Source of the DNA: Podarcis cretensis
Lineage: Eukaryota
Assembly: GCA_951804945.1 (NCBI GenBank)
Contig: OX638149.1
Coordinates: forward strand, 95,294,001 to 95,358,000
DNA length: 64,000 bases
Direction of reading: 5' to 3'
Positions 49,310 through 59,592 of this stretch are shown here, one piece after another. The first letter of the stretch is position 1, and the number at the start of each line of letters is the position of its first letter. Under the pieces are notes generated by a model, which saw nothing but the letters and a program-made list of their open reading frames with translations, did no database searches and was not told where the DNA came from. Made by a program: the position numbers and the translations under genes.

Positions 49310-49732
49310 GTAGAAGTCAATATTTTTAAATGTGGATGTAATAGTACAATTGTTGACACTAATAGCTGTGTCTCATTGGAATAGCCCAACTGCATTTTAG
49401 AAAGGGGGGGGGAGTTGTGTGAACTTTCTTCCATAAAATGGTGGGTATGATATGCTTAAACTTTCTGCTTTGAGTCTTACCCAGGAAGGAAGTTTCGTTT
49501 GTACACTTGTGGGCATGAGTGTGCTCTTACACATGTGCATACACACACACAGCTGAACAGAGACTGTTTAATCATTTCCTTTGGCACCTGTAATCACATA
49601 GCAAGCAGTTTCTTATGCCTGGTGCCTTTTACCTTTGCTGTTGTTGTTGAAGGCATCACTGTGACTCTCAGTCCAGTGAAACCTTGAAGCTTCTATGTAG
49701 TATTGTGTTGAAGTTGTTGTAGCTTATGGATA

Positions 49733-50237
49733 CAGTGGTGCCTCGCAAGACGAACGCCTCGCAAAACGAAAAACTCGCAAGACGAAAGAGTTTTCCATTT
49801 TTGAGTCGTTCCGCAAGACGAATTTCCCTATCGGCTTGCTTCGCAAGAAGAAAGCCCATAGGGAAATCTCCGGGGACCTCTTTTAAATGCTGGCGGTGGG
49901 GAGCAAAGCCTTTCGCCCCCCCCTCCGGCCTTCAGAAGAGGTCCAGGAAGGCTGGTGGGGGCCGAAAGGCTTTGCTCTCCACCGCCAGCATTTTAAAAGC
50001 CGTCCGGGATAGCAGGAAAGCACGGTGGAAAGAAAAGCCCTTGTCCCTCCCCCCCCAGCCTTCAGAAGAGGTCGGGGGACAGACTGTCCCCGGACCTGGT
50101 CTGAAGGCGGTTTCCATAGGAACGCATTGATTGATTTTCAATGCATTCCTATGGGAAACCGTGCTTCGCAAGACGAAAAACTCGCAAGAAGAAAAAACTT
50201 GCGGAACGAATTAATTTCGTCTTGCGAGGCACCACTG
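49733..50237. mobile_element. 505-bp Tc1/mariner (pogo/Tigger-like) MITE, family B, young
   Basis: TA TSD; perfect 22-bp TIR CAGTGGTGCCTCGCAAGACGAA; repeated CGCAAGACGAA subterminal motifs; CpGs retained. Confidence 0.93.
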
Positions 50238-50739
50238 TAATTTCCCTGTTACTCCTGATTCTCCACTGTGGGATTGCTTAATTTATAAGTCATTTTGAGT
50301 AAAACTTCAGGCATCTGCTTCAGAGTCACCAATGTGGAAATCTTACATATGGCAGGGCATTGGACTGAATCCCTTATCACACATACAATATAGTATGGTG
50401 TGGGAGATATGCACATACACCTGTATGTGTGTGTGTGCATGCCAAATTCCTTTGTTCCTTCAGGGTTTTTTTGATGCAGGAGGTTTGCAAGGGTCAGATA
50501 TATGGGTGGGCATGCATATATTGTACATAATTCCATATTCATGTTAGGGTATTGGGTACATGAACTTGGTAGCGAGTTTTGAGCATAGATGGCTAAACAT
50601 CATGTGATAATGAATCATTTCACACACGTGAGCAAATCCTAAGGTCTACCCCAGACCATGTGATAACATGATGGCCATGAATGAGTGCCTTTCATCTTTC
50701 TATGCCATCTGTGTTTAACTTAACAATTATTTAACTTAG

Positions 50740-50925
50740 GGCAAGCTGGCAGCCCAAGGGAAGTTGCTACAGCAGGATACGTTCTATGTAACGGAGCAGG
50801 ATTCTGGAGGTCTCTCTCGGCCAAAAGAACGCAGAGTTTTCCTCTTTGAGCAAATTGTCATCTTTAGTGAACTTCTGAGGAAAGGCTCTCTAACACCTGG
50901 GTACCTTTTTAAGCGAAGCATAAAG
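50740..50925 (+). CDS. KALRN: KALRN exon, PH2 (GKLAAQGKLLQQDTF...ERRVFLFEQIVIFSE...KRSIK)
   Basis: acttag| acceptor, AAG|gtaagt donor; 186 nt. Confidence 0.97.
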
Positions 50926-51295
50926 GTAAGTTGTGGTTGTGCTTCCTTGAGTCATTTGGAAACTTCACTGCAGTGCATTTTTCCTTTTCTTGGTTTGCTG
51001 CACACTAGATAAGCAAAGTTGGTGGTGTGAAAAGGTCCTTCTGCTTCAGTGCAGGAGGTTTAAAGAAGATGGTCATTAGGCCCTTTTCCAGTCCTACAGT
51101 TCATGTCATTCTCTGACTTGCAGCCATGTACAATAGATATATAATCTATTTTAATATTCTATTCTATTATTCTGTGACGTGTGTCTGTGTGTGCAGACTG
51201 AGTGAGTGATTAAATAAAACTGCTAGAATAGCATAGGGTTAGGATAATGAGCGTCAAAATAACATCACATCTAATTAGAGCTGAACTATCTAAAC

Positions 51296-51649
51296 CAGAA
51301 TTGGAGAACCTTAGGCCTAGGGGCCAAATGCCCCTTGGCCCCTCAGTACTCTCACTTGGCCATACCCCATCCCTGAGCTACACCCTCTCACAGACAGCCT
51401 CAGCAGTCTCCTTCACTGCTTTTGCCTGGATGAAATGTGTTGTTGACCTACAAAAACACCTCTTGCTTGCCTTGATGGATGGGTGTGTGTTGTGTGTGTG
51501 TGTGCTTCTGAATTCTACAGGGCTCATATATAGCCTACTGTACAAAGGTAGAAGTTGCATCCATTGCCCCACCCACTGGCATCCGACCCATAGAAGGTTG
51601 CCCATGAAGGAAAGTGACTTTCAGGACTGAAAAAGATTCCCAACCCCTG
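51296..51649. mobile_element. Degraded hAT non-autonomous element
   Basis: CAG...CTG termini with an imperfect TIR and imperfect 8-bp TSD ATCTAAAC/CTCTAAAT. Confidence 0.55.
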
Positions 51650-52138
51650 CTCTAAATGTTCAGCAAAAAACTTCAGTCAGCAAATGATAAACCTTCGTGC
51701 ACTTGAATTATATACCTGGGCAAACAGCATTATATTTTTCCTCTTAGAGGCTGTTCTGTTGATGCTTGTGTTTATTTGGCAATATGACAGAAAGCATTTT
51801 CTGTTTTGGAGGGCGTCTAATTTAGAGCAATTTTCTTCCTCCCACCCATAATTATTAGCATTGCTAACCATTGAAGAAAGCCAGTAACTCAGAGATAATT
51901 GAACTGTTCTTGAAGATGCTTACCACAGAAGTTGAAGAACAAAGCTGAAAGCCAAGTATTCTCTATGGGACGTTACTTCCAGAGAGTTCCTCCTCTGGGG
52001 AAGTGAACCTTCTGTGGTTGCTGCTCTTCATTTGGACAGTGGTGGCAGGGCCATCTTTCAGTTTAGCTGCTATATAGTTTACCTGAATTTGCTTGCTCCC
52101 CCTTGAATGAGCATTGAGCTTTCTCTGGTTGCTTGCAG

Positions 52139-52310
52139 ATGACATACCTAATCCTTGAGGATAATGTGGACAATGATCCCTGCAAATTCGCACTCATGAG
52201 TCGGGAAACGTCAGAAAGGCTCATTTTGCAGGCAGCCAATCCTGAAATCCAGCAAGCTTGGGTGGAGGATATCAATCAAGTGCTGGACACACAGAGGGAC
52301 TTCTTAAATG
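52139..52310 (+). CDS. KALRN: KALRN exon, PH2 (MTYLILEDNVDNDPCKFAL...QRDFLN)
   Basis: ttgcag| acceptor, G|gtaagc donor; phase 0 to 1. Confidence 0.97.
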
Positions 52311-52559
52311 GTAAGCATTTTTATCTCTGTCCTTGATTATAGAAAACCCAAGTGCTTTCTGACTGTTCTGGGCAGAACCTTATTCCTACCTAGATTGCTG
52401 TTGCAGGCCACCTCCATAACTGTCATGCACGCTGACCTTCCTTTTAAATGGAGCATGACTGGAGGCAGATAAATTTTGTGCTAAGGATTAAAATCTAGGG
52501 TGAAAATCTTTTTCTTTTAGGAAGTCTAGCAGTGGATTTCAGGATGTGGTGTGTTGGAT

Positions 52560-52830
52560 TGTACCATTGTCCCCCAGATCACCCCATCCAGATACTTACT
52601 GCCACTCTCGAAGAACTCCATAAATGGTTAGCAAGACAAGTCCTACTTTCTCAGAAGCCATGTTAATTCTTCTTCAGCGGCACTGCTTTTTGTATACGCT
52701 ATCATCTTTCACAACGGTGTCCACCAATTTACCTGGAACAGATGTTATGCTAATTGGCTTGTCATTTCCTGTATCCCTCTTTAAAAATTGGCCACTTCAC
52801 AGTCCTTAGGTATGCAAGCCAGTCTTGGGT
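52560..52830 (-). mobile_element. Old CR1 RT fragment
   Basis: Minus strand gives a degraded 'GN..PISITSVPGKLV' CR1-like RT segment. Confidence 0.55.
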
Positions 52831-53512
52831 ACAAGCTACATTTTTCCTCCAATGAAGCTAAATCATGTGAGATTCAGGACATATTAGAGGAAGTCCTACT
52901 CCAAACAGTATGTAGTTTCAGCTATGGACTCCTCTTCTACTTAGAGAGGATATAGCAGCCCACAAGTTCCCCATCCATGTTATATTTGCATATAGTAAGG
53001 GATGGGCATGCAGAGCTTCTGACTTTGAAACTAGGTTTGTTCTGTTTTCTTCTTGCTCTTAAGCCAGAATTTTGCAGAAGCTGCCTTTGCCTCTCTTCTC
53101 TACCAATTTCATCTTAAATAAAATAAAGATAAGTAATCTTTTAGGTCTAGCTGCTATTTAGTATCAACCACCAGAGCAACAAATTATGGAAGCAGGAGGG
53201 ACATCACTGAGCAGACACTGCTCACTGTTGCTGTTATCAAGAGGCTAGAAGTAGGGAGTATTACTATGAGCTCCAAGCGGGCCTGATCTGCACCGTTGGG
53301 TTTTTACAGTCTTGTTAAGTCAGCACTTGTGAAAGTGCTTCCTTCACTCTTCCTGAAGACAAACTTTCAGTGCTTCCAAGCTATGTAGGTGAATGGTTTG
53401 TATTTTCCCAGGCTACTTGTTTGAAACAAGCTAAACATGGCATCCCTTGCATTAGGCAAACATGGTGTCACAAATGGGCAGGTCTGTACTAACTCCTAGT
53501 GTTCTACTCCAG

Positions 53513-53754
53513 CACTACAGTCTCCTATAGAGTACCAGCGCAAAGAAAACAGCAGTTCTGCTGTAATGAGACCCCAGACCAGCAGGGTACCTCAGCCCAT
53601 CACCAGACCCTATTCCTCAGGTCCAGTAGGGTCGGATAAACCTTTGAAGGCTACAATGCGTAACCCATCTCTTCCACCTCTGAAAATATCTACCTCCAAT
53701 GGCAGCACAGGGCATGAGCAGCACCAGCCTGGGGACAAATATGAACTAATCAAG
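53513..53754 (+). CDS. KALRN: KALRN exon, PH extension (ALQSPIEYQRKE) and Pro/Ser-rich linker
   Basis: Perfect TACTAAC branch point at 53487-53493, ctccag| acceptor, AAG|gtatgt donor; phase 1 to 0. Confidence 0.96.
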
Positions 53755-54727
53755 GTATGTATGTATTTTCACTTTGTGTTGTTGTTGTTTTTACTGCAAT
53801 TGCCATCATTTCAAATTTGGCCTGTTACTGATCCTGGTTAGTGGATGTGAGTACTTGAACCAGTGAGTCAATAACTGCTGATCCAAGAAGGAAATGAGCT
53901 TCAGCTTTCAGACAGCAAAATCCAGTCTTAAGTCTGTTCTGGGTGTTAGGAAAGGGCTCAAGAATCTGCATGGTGCAATTTTTTTTAAAAAGCTGAAAGC
54001 AAATTCGACAGAGGGAGACACAAGTGCATCTCTAGCCTTGAAATCACTGCCACATGTGCTGGTGGCTATTAGTTGTAATTGCTTTAAAGAACAACAATCT
54101 TAAGACAAATTCATGGGGAGTGGTCCCCCCTGATGGCTGAATGGGAAGTCCATGTTCAGAGGGAGTAGATAACAGCAAGGAAGTGCAATTGCCTTCATTC
54201 CTTCTTGCAGACTTCTCAGCAACAACTGGCGTAAGTGAAACATAGGAATCTGTGGTATACCAAGTCAGACTGTTAGTCTGCCTAGCTCAGTATTGTCTAC
54301 ACTGACTAGCAGGGTTTCAGTCCTAACTCTCTCCCAGCCCTACCTGGAGATGAGTAGAACCAGGGAGCTTTTGCACACAAAGTTCTTCTTGCTTCTTATT
54401 TTTCTTTACCTTAATTATATCAGCTGCAGTACTTCCATTATGTGACCAGAGTTTCACTTTGCCTTCCAAAACCGATGTAACTTGATGCATTTATTTAACT
54501 GATCTTCTCCCATCTCCCAAATTAGGAAAATAATCGATTTTCAAAAATGTCCTATGAAATTAGTTGACAACTGTTGTTTCCCAAGCTTATGCGTAGGTTT
54601 TTTCCACAAGCAGGCTATTAAAAAGAGCTACTGCTTATAGTGACAATGAGTATGCATTTGTGAATTTACGCCAACTGATCTGTAGTCCATCAATCGCACA
54701 GCATCACATGGAAGGAAACACAGTGCA

Positions 54728-54741
54728 GTTGCCTAGGCAAC
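54728..54741. promoter_or_regulatory. Palindromic RFX X-box
   Basis: GTTGCCTAGGCAAC is a perfect 14-bp palindrome matching the RFX dimer consensus. Confidence 0.55.
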
Positions 54742-54876
54742 ATTCTGCTGTGCACACTGAGATGTCTTGTAAACTCTTAGTACACTTAAATGTGTTGCCC
54801 AGGAGATGCTGATAAAAAAACTTAGCATTGCAGCCGAGCTATCTTGTCACTGTTGCTTTCTGTGTCTCTTCTTCAG

Positions 54877-55124
54877 AATGACTTGGGTGGGTGCAATGGG
54901 ACCTCTTCTATGGTGGTCATCAAAGATTACTATGCACTGAAGGAGAATGAAATCTGTGTCAACCAGGGTGAGGTGGTCCAAGTACTTGCCATTAACCAGC
55001 AGAACATGTTCCTTGTGTACCAGCCTGCCAATGACCATTCACCAGCAGCAGAAGGATGGATCCCAGGGAATATATTGGCTCCCCTCACTAAATCAACTAC
55101 AGATAATAGCGATGGAGGCATAAA
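54877..55124 (+). CDS. KALRN: KALRN exon, SH3-2 (NDLGGCNG...DYYALKENEI...AEGWIPG...DGGIK)
   Basis: cttcag| acceptor; donor AA|gtaagt. Without splicing the frame ends AAG TAA at 55128. Confidence 0.97.
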
Positions 55125-55128
55125 GTAA

Positions 55129-55850
55129 GTGCTGTGTTGGATTCCCTGGGAGCAGTATGTGGATTTTTGAGGAAAAATAAAACCCAAATCTTAGGATTTT
55201 CCTGCCTTTTTTAAAATCTACAGTGCCATTGGAACAAACTTTGCTTGGTAACACAACATGGGGTATCCATGTTGGCATAGTTGGGCTTTTGTTGGAATTT
55301 TGTTCTCTCCCCGCTCTGCCCCCATAGTTTGTAAAGAATTGAAATCCATAGACAGTTTAAAGGGCATAGTTTCCCCCCATCCTTTCCTAAATATGGACCT
55401 GATTTGACTGGACTTGTATTTATCTTGTGTTTTAAATTGCTTATAATATATATAAATATAAATATATATATATAGGTTATAATGATATAGAGCAAAGAAA
55501 AACACCACCCACATACATCAGGCCTTGTATTGGATTGAGACCCACTTCTCAAGGACTAGAGATTCGATGTTGTCAATGGCAATTTCTTGTACAGATTGTA
55601 ACTTTTTTATTTTGAAAGTTTCTTTTTTCTGTTCACATAATATTTTGTAATAATAATTTGGTTTGAGAAATCCCCTTTGGAGTACATTCCTGTAAAAAGT
55701 ATTTTGCACTATTTAAAGAAACCCATATTTGAAGTCAGGTTGTGCAATATTATGGATAGTCGCAATGTTCATCATTGTACCTGTAATGTAACTAATAATT
55801 TTAAATGTACTATTTTAAATATGTAAAATAAATTTTCACCATGAGCATGT
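55129..55850 (+). terminator. KALRN: Intronic alternative 3'UTR and polyadenylation site (Kalirin-9-type end)
   Basis: In-frame TAA within the donor; AU-rich segment with TGTA motifs and miRNA seed matches; AATAAA at 55827-55832 followed by U/GU-rich sequence. Confidence 0.7.
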
Positions 55851-56628
55851 TTTGATGAGGTTAAAAAGGACCAGTTTTTGACCCTCTTTAAGTTCTTATT
55901 TTTCTTACAATGTTTTGTTGCTTATTTAACAAATGTGTGAATACTATTTCACCTTTTTTTGAAATTTGTCAGTTTGAAATGATTAAATAATGCAAGAAAA
56001 TGTTTTTGATATTAAATACTGAAGGTACAATCCTTTTTGTAAAACCAGTTGATTTTTATTTTTATTTTTATCTTCAGTTGTCAAAAATTGATTCAGCATT
56101 GGTTATCTTGCACAGATTCCTTGGAGTACAGTTGTTGAAGGGAGCTCTTCAATGGACTTTTAAGTACTGAAGATTAGGTGTGTTGACTCATTAGATTTAA
56201 CGTATGCTGCAGCAAATGAATAAGGCTCAGTGCAGGCACAATGCTGCCAGTCTTTATATCTTAAGAGAGAGGGAATAGCCTACATGAAGATTTCCACACA
56301 AATATTTTTTTCTTATTAGCCTTAGCCATGATTTATTGTTGCATCTGCATAGATGCTAACCATGTTTAGCTATGAGTCTGATTCCTAACCAGGATTTGAA
56401 GCAAGACTGCAAATATTTGCTAAGCTGCTTCACATTAACCATGGTTAGCATTGGTGCGTCCTGGGTGTAGTGCTCAACTATGGCAAAAATCAACAAGAGA
56501 AGAGGTGAATTTGCACCAAAGAGGGGGGGAAAGAATGTGAGCTCACAGCATACCTCCTGCTTTCTTGTCAGTGCTTAATATGGTTAGGTCTGCACTGGGC
56601 CTAATAATTTATAGTCTTTACAAAGTTA

Positions 56629-56752
56629 TCATAGAATTGTAGAGCTGGAAGGGACTAGGAGGGTCATCTAGTCCAATCCCCCTTTTGCCCAATGTGGGGA
56701 TTGAACCCACAACCCTGAGATTAAGGGTGTCGTGCTCTATCCACTCAGCTAT
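56629..56752 (-). mobile_element. tRNA(Lys)-derived SINE with CR1-like tail
   Basis: Reverse complement of the 8383 family, with tRNA-like head (TAGCTGAGTGGATAGAGC...GGTTCAATCCCCAC). Confidence 0.8.
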
Positions 56753-58283
56753 GTCCTGACCATCATTCATCCAGTGAAGATCTCAAGGTGATGTCAAGGC
56801 CTGAGGAAATGGGGAGTAACAGAAGTTTCTTAATGGAACTCACATGCTGGTTTTGCCAGGCATTTGTGTGATTGGCCTTGCTCAGGGTACCTCCCATATT
56901 AGGAACAGCCCAGGGGGCATATTCACAAAATTCAGTGAGATGTGGGAGCAGTTATTTTCATGGCAAGGGGAATTGTCATGTGGATTGGGACTTAGGTTTT
57001 TGACCATAACTTTTCATGCACAAAACTGCTATGCTACAGGAAGACCAATGATGAAGCAAACACTGCACCAATGGAAATAAAGCACAATGACTTGCTGGGT
57101 GGGAAAAACATGAACAATATATGCATAAATACATAACAGTACAGAGAGAGAAGGCCTATGTATCTCTCTCATGGGTTTCACGCTACTATAGAATATCCCT
57201 GCAAATGCTGAGAATTCTGTACACTTTGTTTCAAAGCCTTTTATGTTCTCAAAATTACTTCAAGCTAACTTGAATATGTAGGGGGAAATGGGAATTTTTC
57301 TTCCCCCTCCTCTCCAAAATTAAAAGTTTGGCCTTTTATTCAGAAAAAAAGCAAATCTATATCAATCTTACTTCACTAGTTTTATGTTCCTTAATAATGT
57401 TCCCATTCTTTCCCATTTACTTCTCATGCTTCTATGGATATTATGCTCAAGTATTATCTTAGAGAAATCTGCCCCCTGAGCTCTGCAAACCAAAGCCCTG
57501 TTCATGCCTGCAGTACACACATTCACTGAATGTTTGGGTGAAGGAGTGAAACCACAGGTCATTAGGAGCCCCTTTCACACCTTCTTCTAAATATACTTGA
57601 ATATGAAGCTATATTTCCCTCACTTGTTCAGTGAGCATGCATGTGGAGGTTGTGAACAGGACTGGTACAGCGCAATATCACATGGTTTGATGATATTGAT
57701 ATCCATTGCATGCTCCCAAACAATGTTGCCTATCAGACTTCTCTTGTAACACTAGCATATACACAGTTCATAAACTACGGTTGACCACAATTTGATATAA
57801 ATCAGTTTAGTCTTGTGATGGTGTGGCTTATTTGCTCTAAGCCTTGGGGTTTTTTTGCTTTTTAATATTACACTGCAACCAAATAATCTGGTGAACAATA
57901 CTATATAAGCACAAAGCATTTCAGTATTGGAACAAAGTGTTGTTTTGTGAGATAATTCATAAAATGTTCAATGATCTCCCAGTTTGCATGCAACTTTTTG
58001 AGTAGCTCTACACACCATTTTTCACCACAGTAAAAAAAAAAGTGAATGTCATACGTGTGTACACACATCCAGAAGCTCTTGCTCAATTGGGAATCCCAGA
58101 TATATGTACATGAATGTTTAAAATATGTATGTGTGAATGCCCACCCTTCACATATTTTCTGCAGGAAACACTGGTGTTACAGCAGTGTTTTCCTGTGGCA
58201 GTTATGAAGTGCAGACCTGCCCTTTCTTGTAAGGTATGTTGTTATGTCTTCATAGCTGGGATCAGAGTCTAGACTTGCAGCAT

Positions 58284-58321
58284 ACAAACAAACAAACAAA
58301 CAAACAAACAAACAAACAAAC
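58284..58321. repeat. (AAAC)n microsatellite
   Basis: Perfect tetranucleotide run. Confidence 0.95.
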
Positions 58322-59183
58322 CCAAGACAAATACAGCAGACAACTGAGCCATGGTTCTAGCTGTTTTGCTTCTGTTTTAGAAAAGTGAGTTCTCACTCAG
58401 CTGTATACATGAAAATGTATTACAAATCCACAGAGGGGGGATTCTCTGTTATAAAGTGACATGCAATGGCGATCCAGTTAATGACTAAATAGTTGTCAGT
58501 ATTCTTATTTGCTTTGATACATACACTTTCCTATTTCTGCTTCCCCATCCTAAAGAAAACATTTTGTGGCAAAGGTAGGATGTGTATTGGGACACAAAAT
58601 GGGAATATAGAAACTTCATTTTCTGTTCCTTAGAGCAGAAAGACAAGCATTGCTAATGCTTAAGCAAAGAAGTTCTTGTTCTTTCAACATGCCTATGTTT
58701 TATCAACTCAGCTGTACTATGATGTTTATCTCCTCTATCTAATAAAGTGGTTATCATCTAACTTCTGATGTTTGGGAGCTGGCACCGAACTATGGAATAC
58801 ACAAATGCTTTGTGTTGCTCTGTAAGATATGCACAAAGACTTAATTTCTCTCTAATTTTGCAATATTTTCACTTTAACTGGAAGAATTTACTTTGCCAAC
58901 CCTTGCAGGTTATGAATAAGAAGTATGCTGTTATCTGCGGACCTGCAGCCAACTTACAGAAAATATCTTCTTTCAATTAGCAAGAATAAACAAAACATTT
59001 GTTCTAGACTAGTTTGAAATCCTGACTTGAATGTTTGCACCCAACTAGGCATATTGCAAGTGGCTTCTCCCTTCTTAAGGGGGGCTGCAGGTATCGAGAA
59101 CATGTGTGCTGATTGCTTTTCCACATCCCTTCCTCTTCCTACTAAGATATGCCATTTGATTGGTGCATTTTTTGGTACAACAG

Positions 59184-59307
59184 GAAGTCATGTTCATGGC
59201 ATACCCTGCGCATGAGAAAGCGGGCAGAAAAGGAAAGCAGTGGCAAAACTGAAGCCAATGGCCTACGTAAACCCAAGGATATTCTGGGCAACAAAGTCTC
59301 TGTTAAA
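59184..59307 (+). CDS. KALRN: KALRN exon of the long isoforms (KSCSWHTLRMRKRAE...ILGNKVSVK)
   Basis: caacag| acceptor, AAA|gtgagt donor; phase 2 to 0, completing the AA|G Lys codon. Confidence 0.96.
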
Positions 59308-59559
59308 GTGAGTAAGGCCATCAGAAGCTGTGCGCTGCCTCCTGCTTCTCATCCTCACTCCCCCTGCAACATCCTCTATATGGACAGGGGGTGACATCTG
59401 GCTTTTTACTTTGTTTTGTTTTTCCCTTTTTGCTTTTTATTTTTAATTTGTTTTACTTTTTGGTAGTAGTAGACATTTTGGCCGGATTTTGCATGCAAGA
59501 TACAACACAGCTTTTTTCCCTCCTCACCACTGGCATCCAAAATGTAAGTAAATAGTTTC

Positions 59560-59592
59560 TGTGTGTGTGTGTGTGTGTGTGTGTTTGTGTGT
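59560..59592. repeat. (TG)n microsatellite
   Basis: Dinucleotide run with one interruption. Confidence 0.9.

Larger units (their letters stand above)
5702..59307 (+). other. KALRN: KALRN (kalirin RhoGEF) partial gene span: internal Duet-type first exon plus 16 downstream coding exons; the gene continues beyond both window edges
   Basis: Exons have canonical AG/GT boundaries and compatible phases. They splice into a continuous ORF matching recalled kalirin sequence (KKWLTSPVRRL, FVLNELVQTEKDYV, LIKPIQRITKYQLLLK, ALQSPIEYQRKE, KSCSWHTLRMRK). Confidence 0.97.

Noticed and set aside
32006-59307. Assignment to TRIO or ARHGEF25
   Set aside because: Linker sequences (GWGEDEPDEESHTPLPPP, NDLGGCNGTSSM, KSCSWHTLRMRKR) and the Duet-type first exon are kalirin-specific as I recall them.
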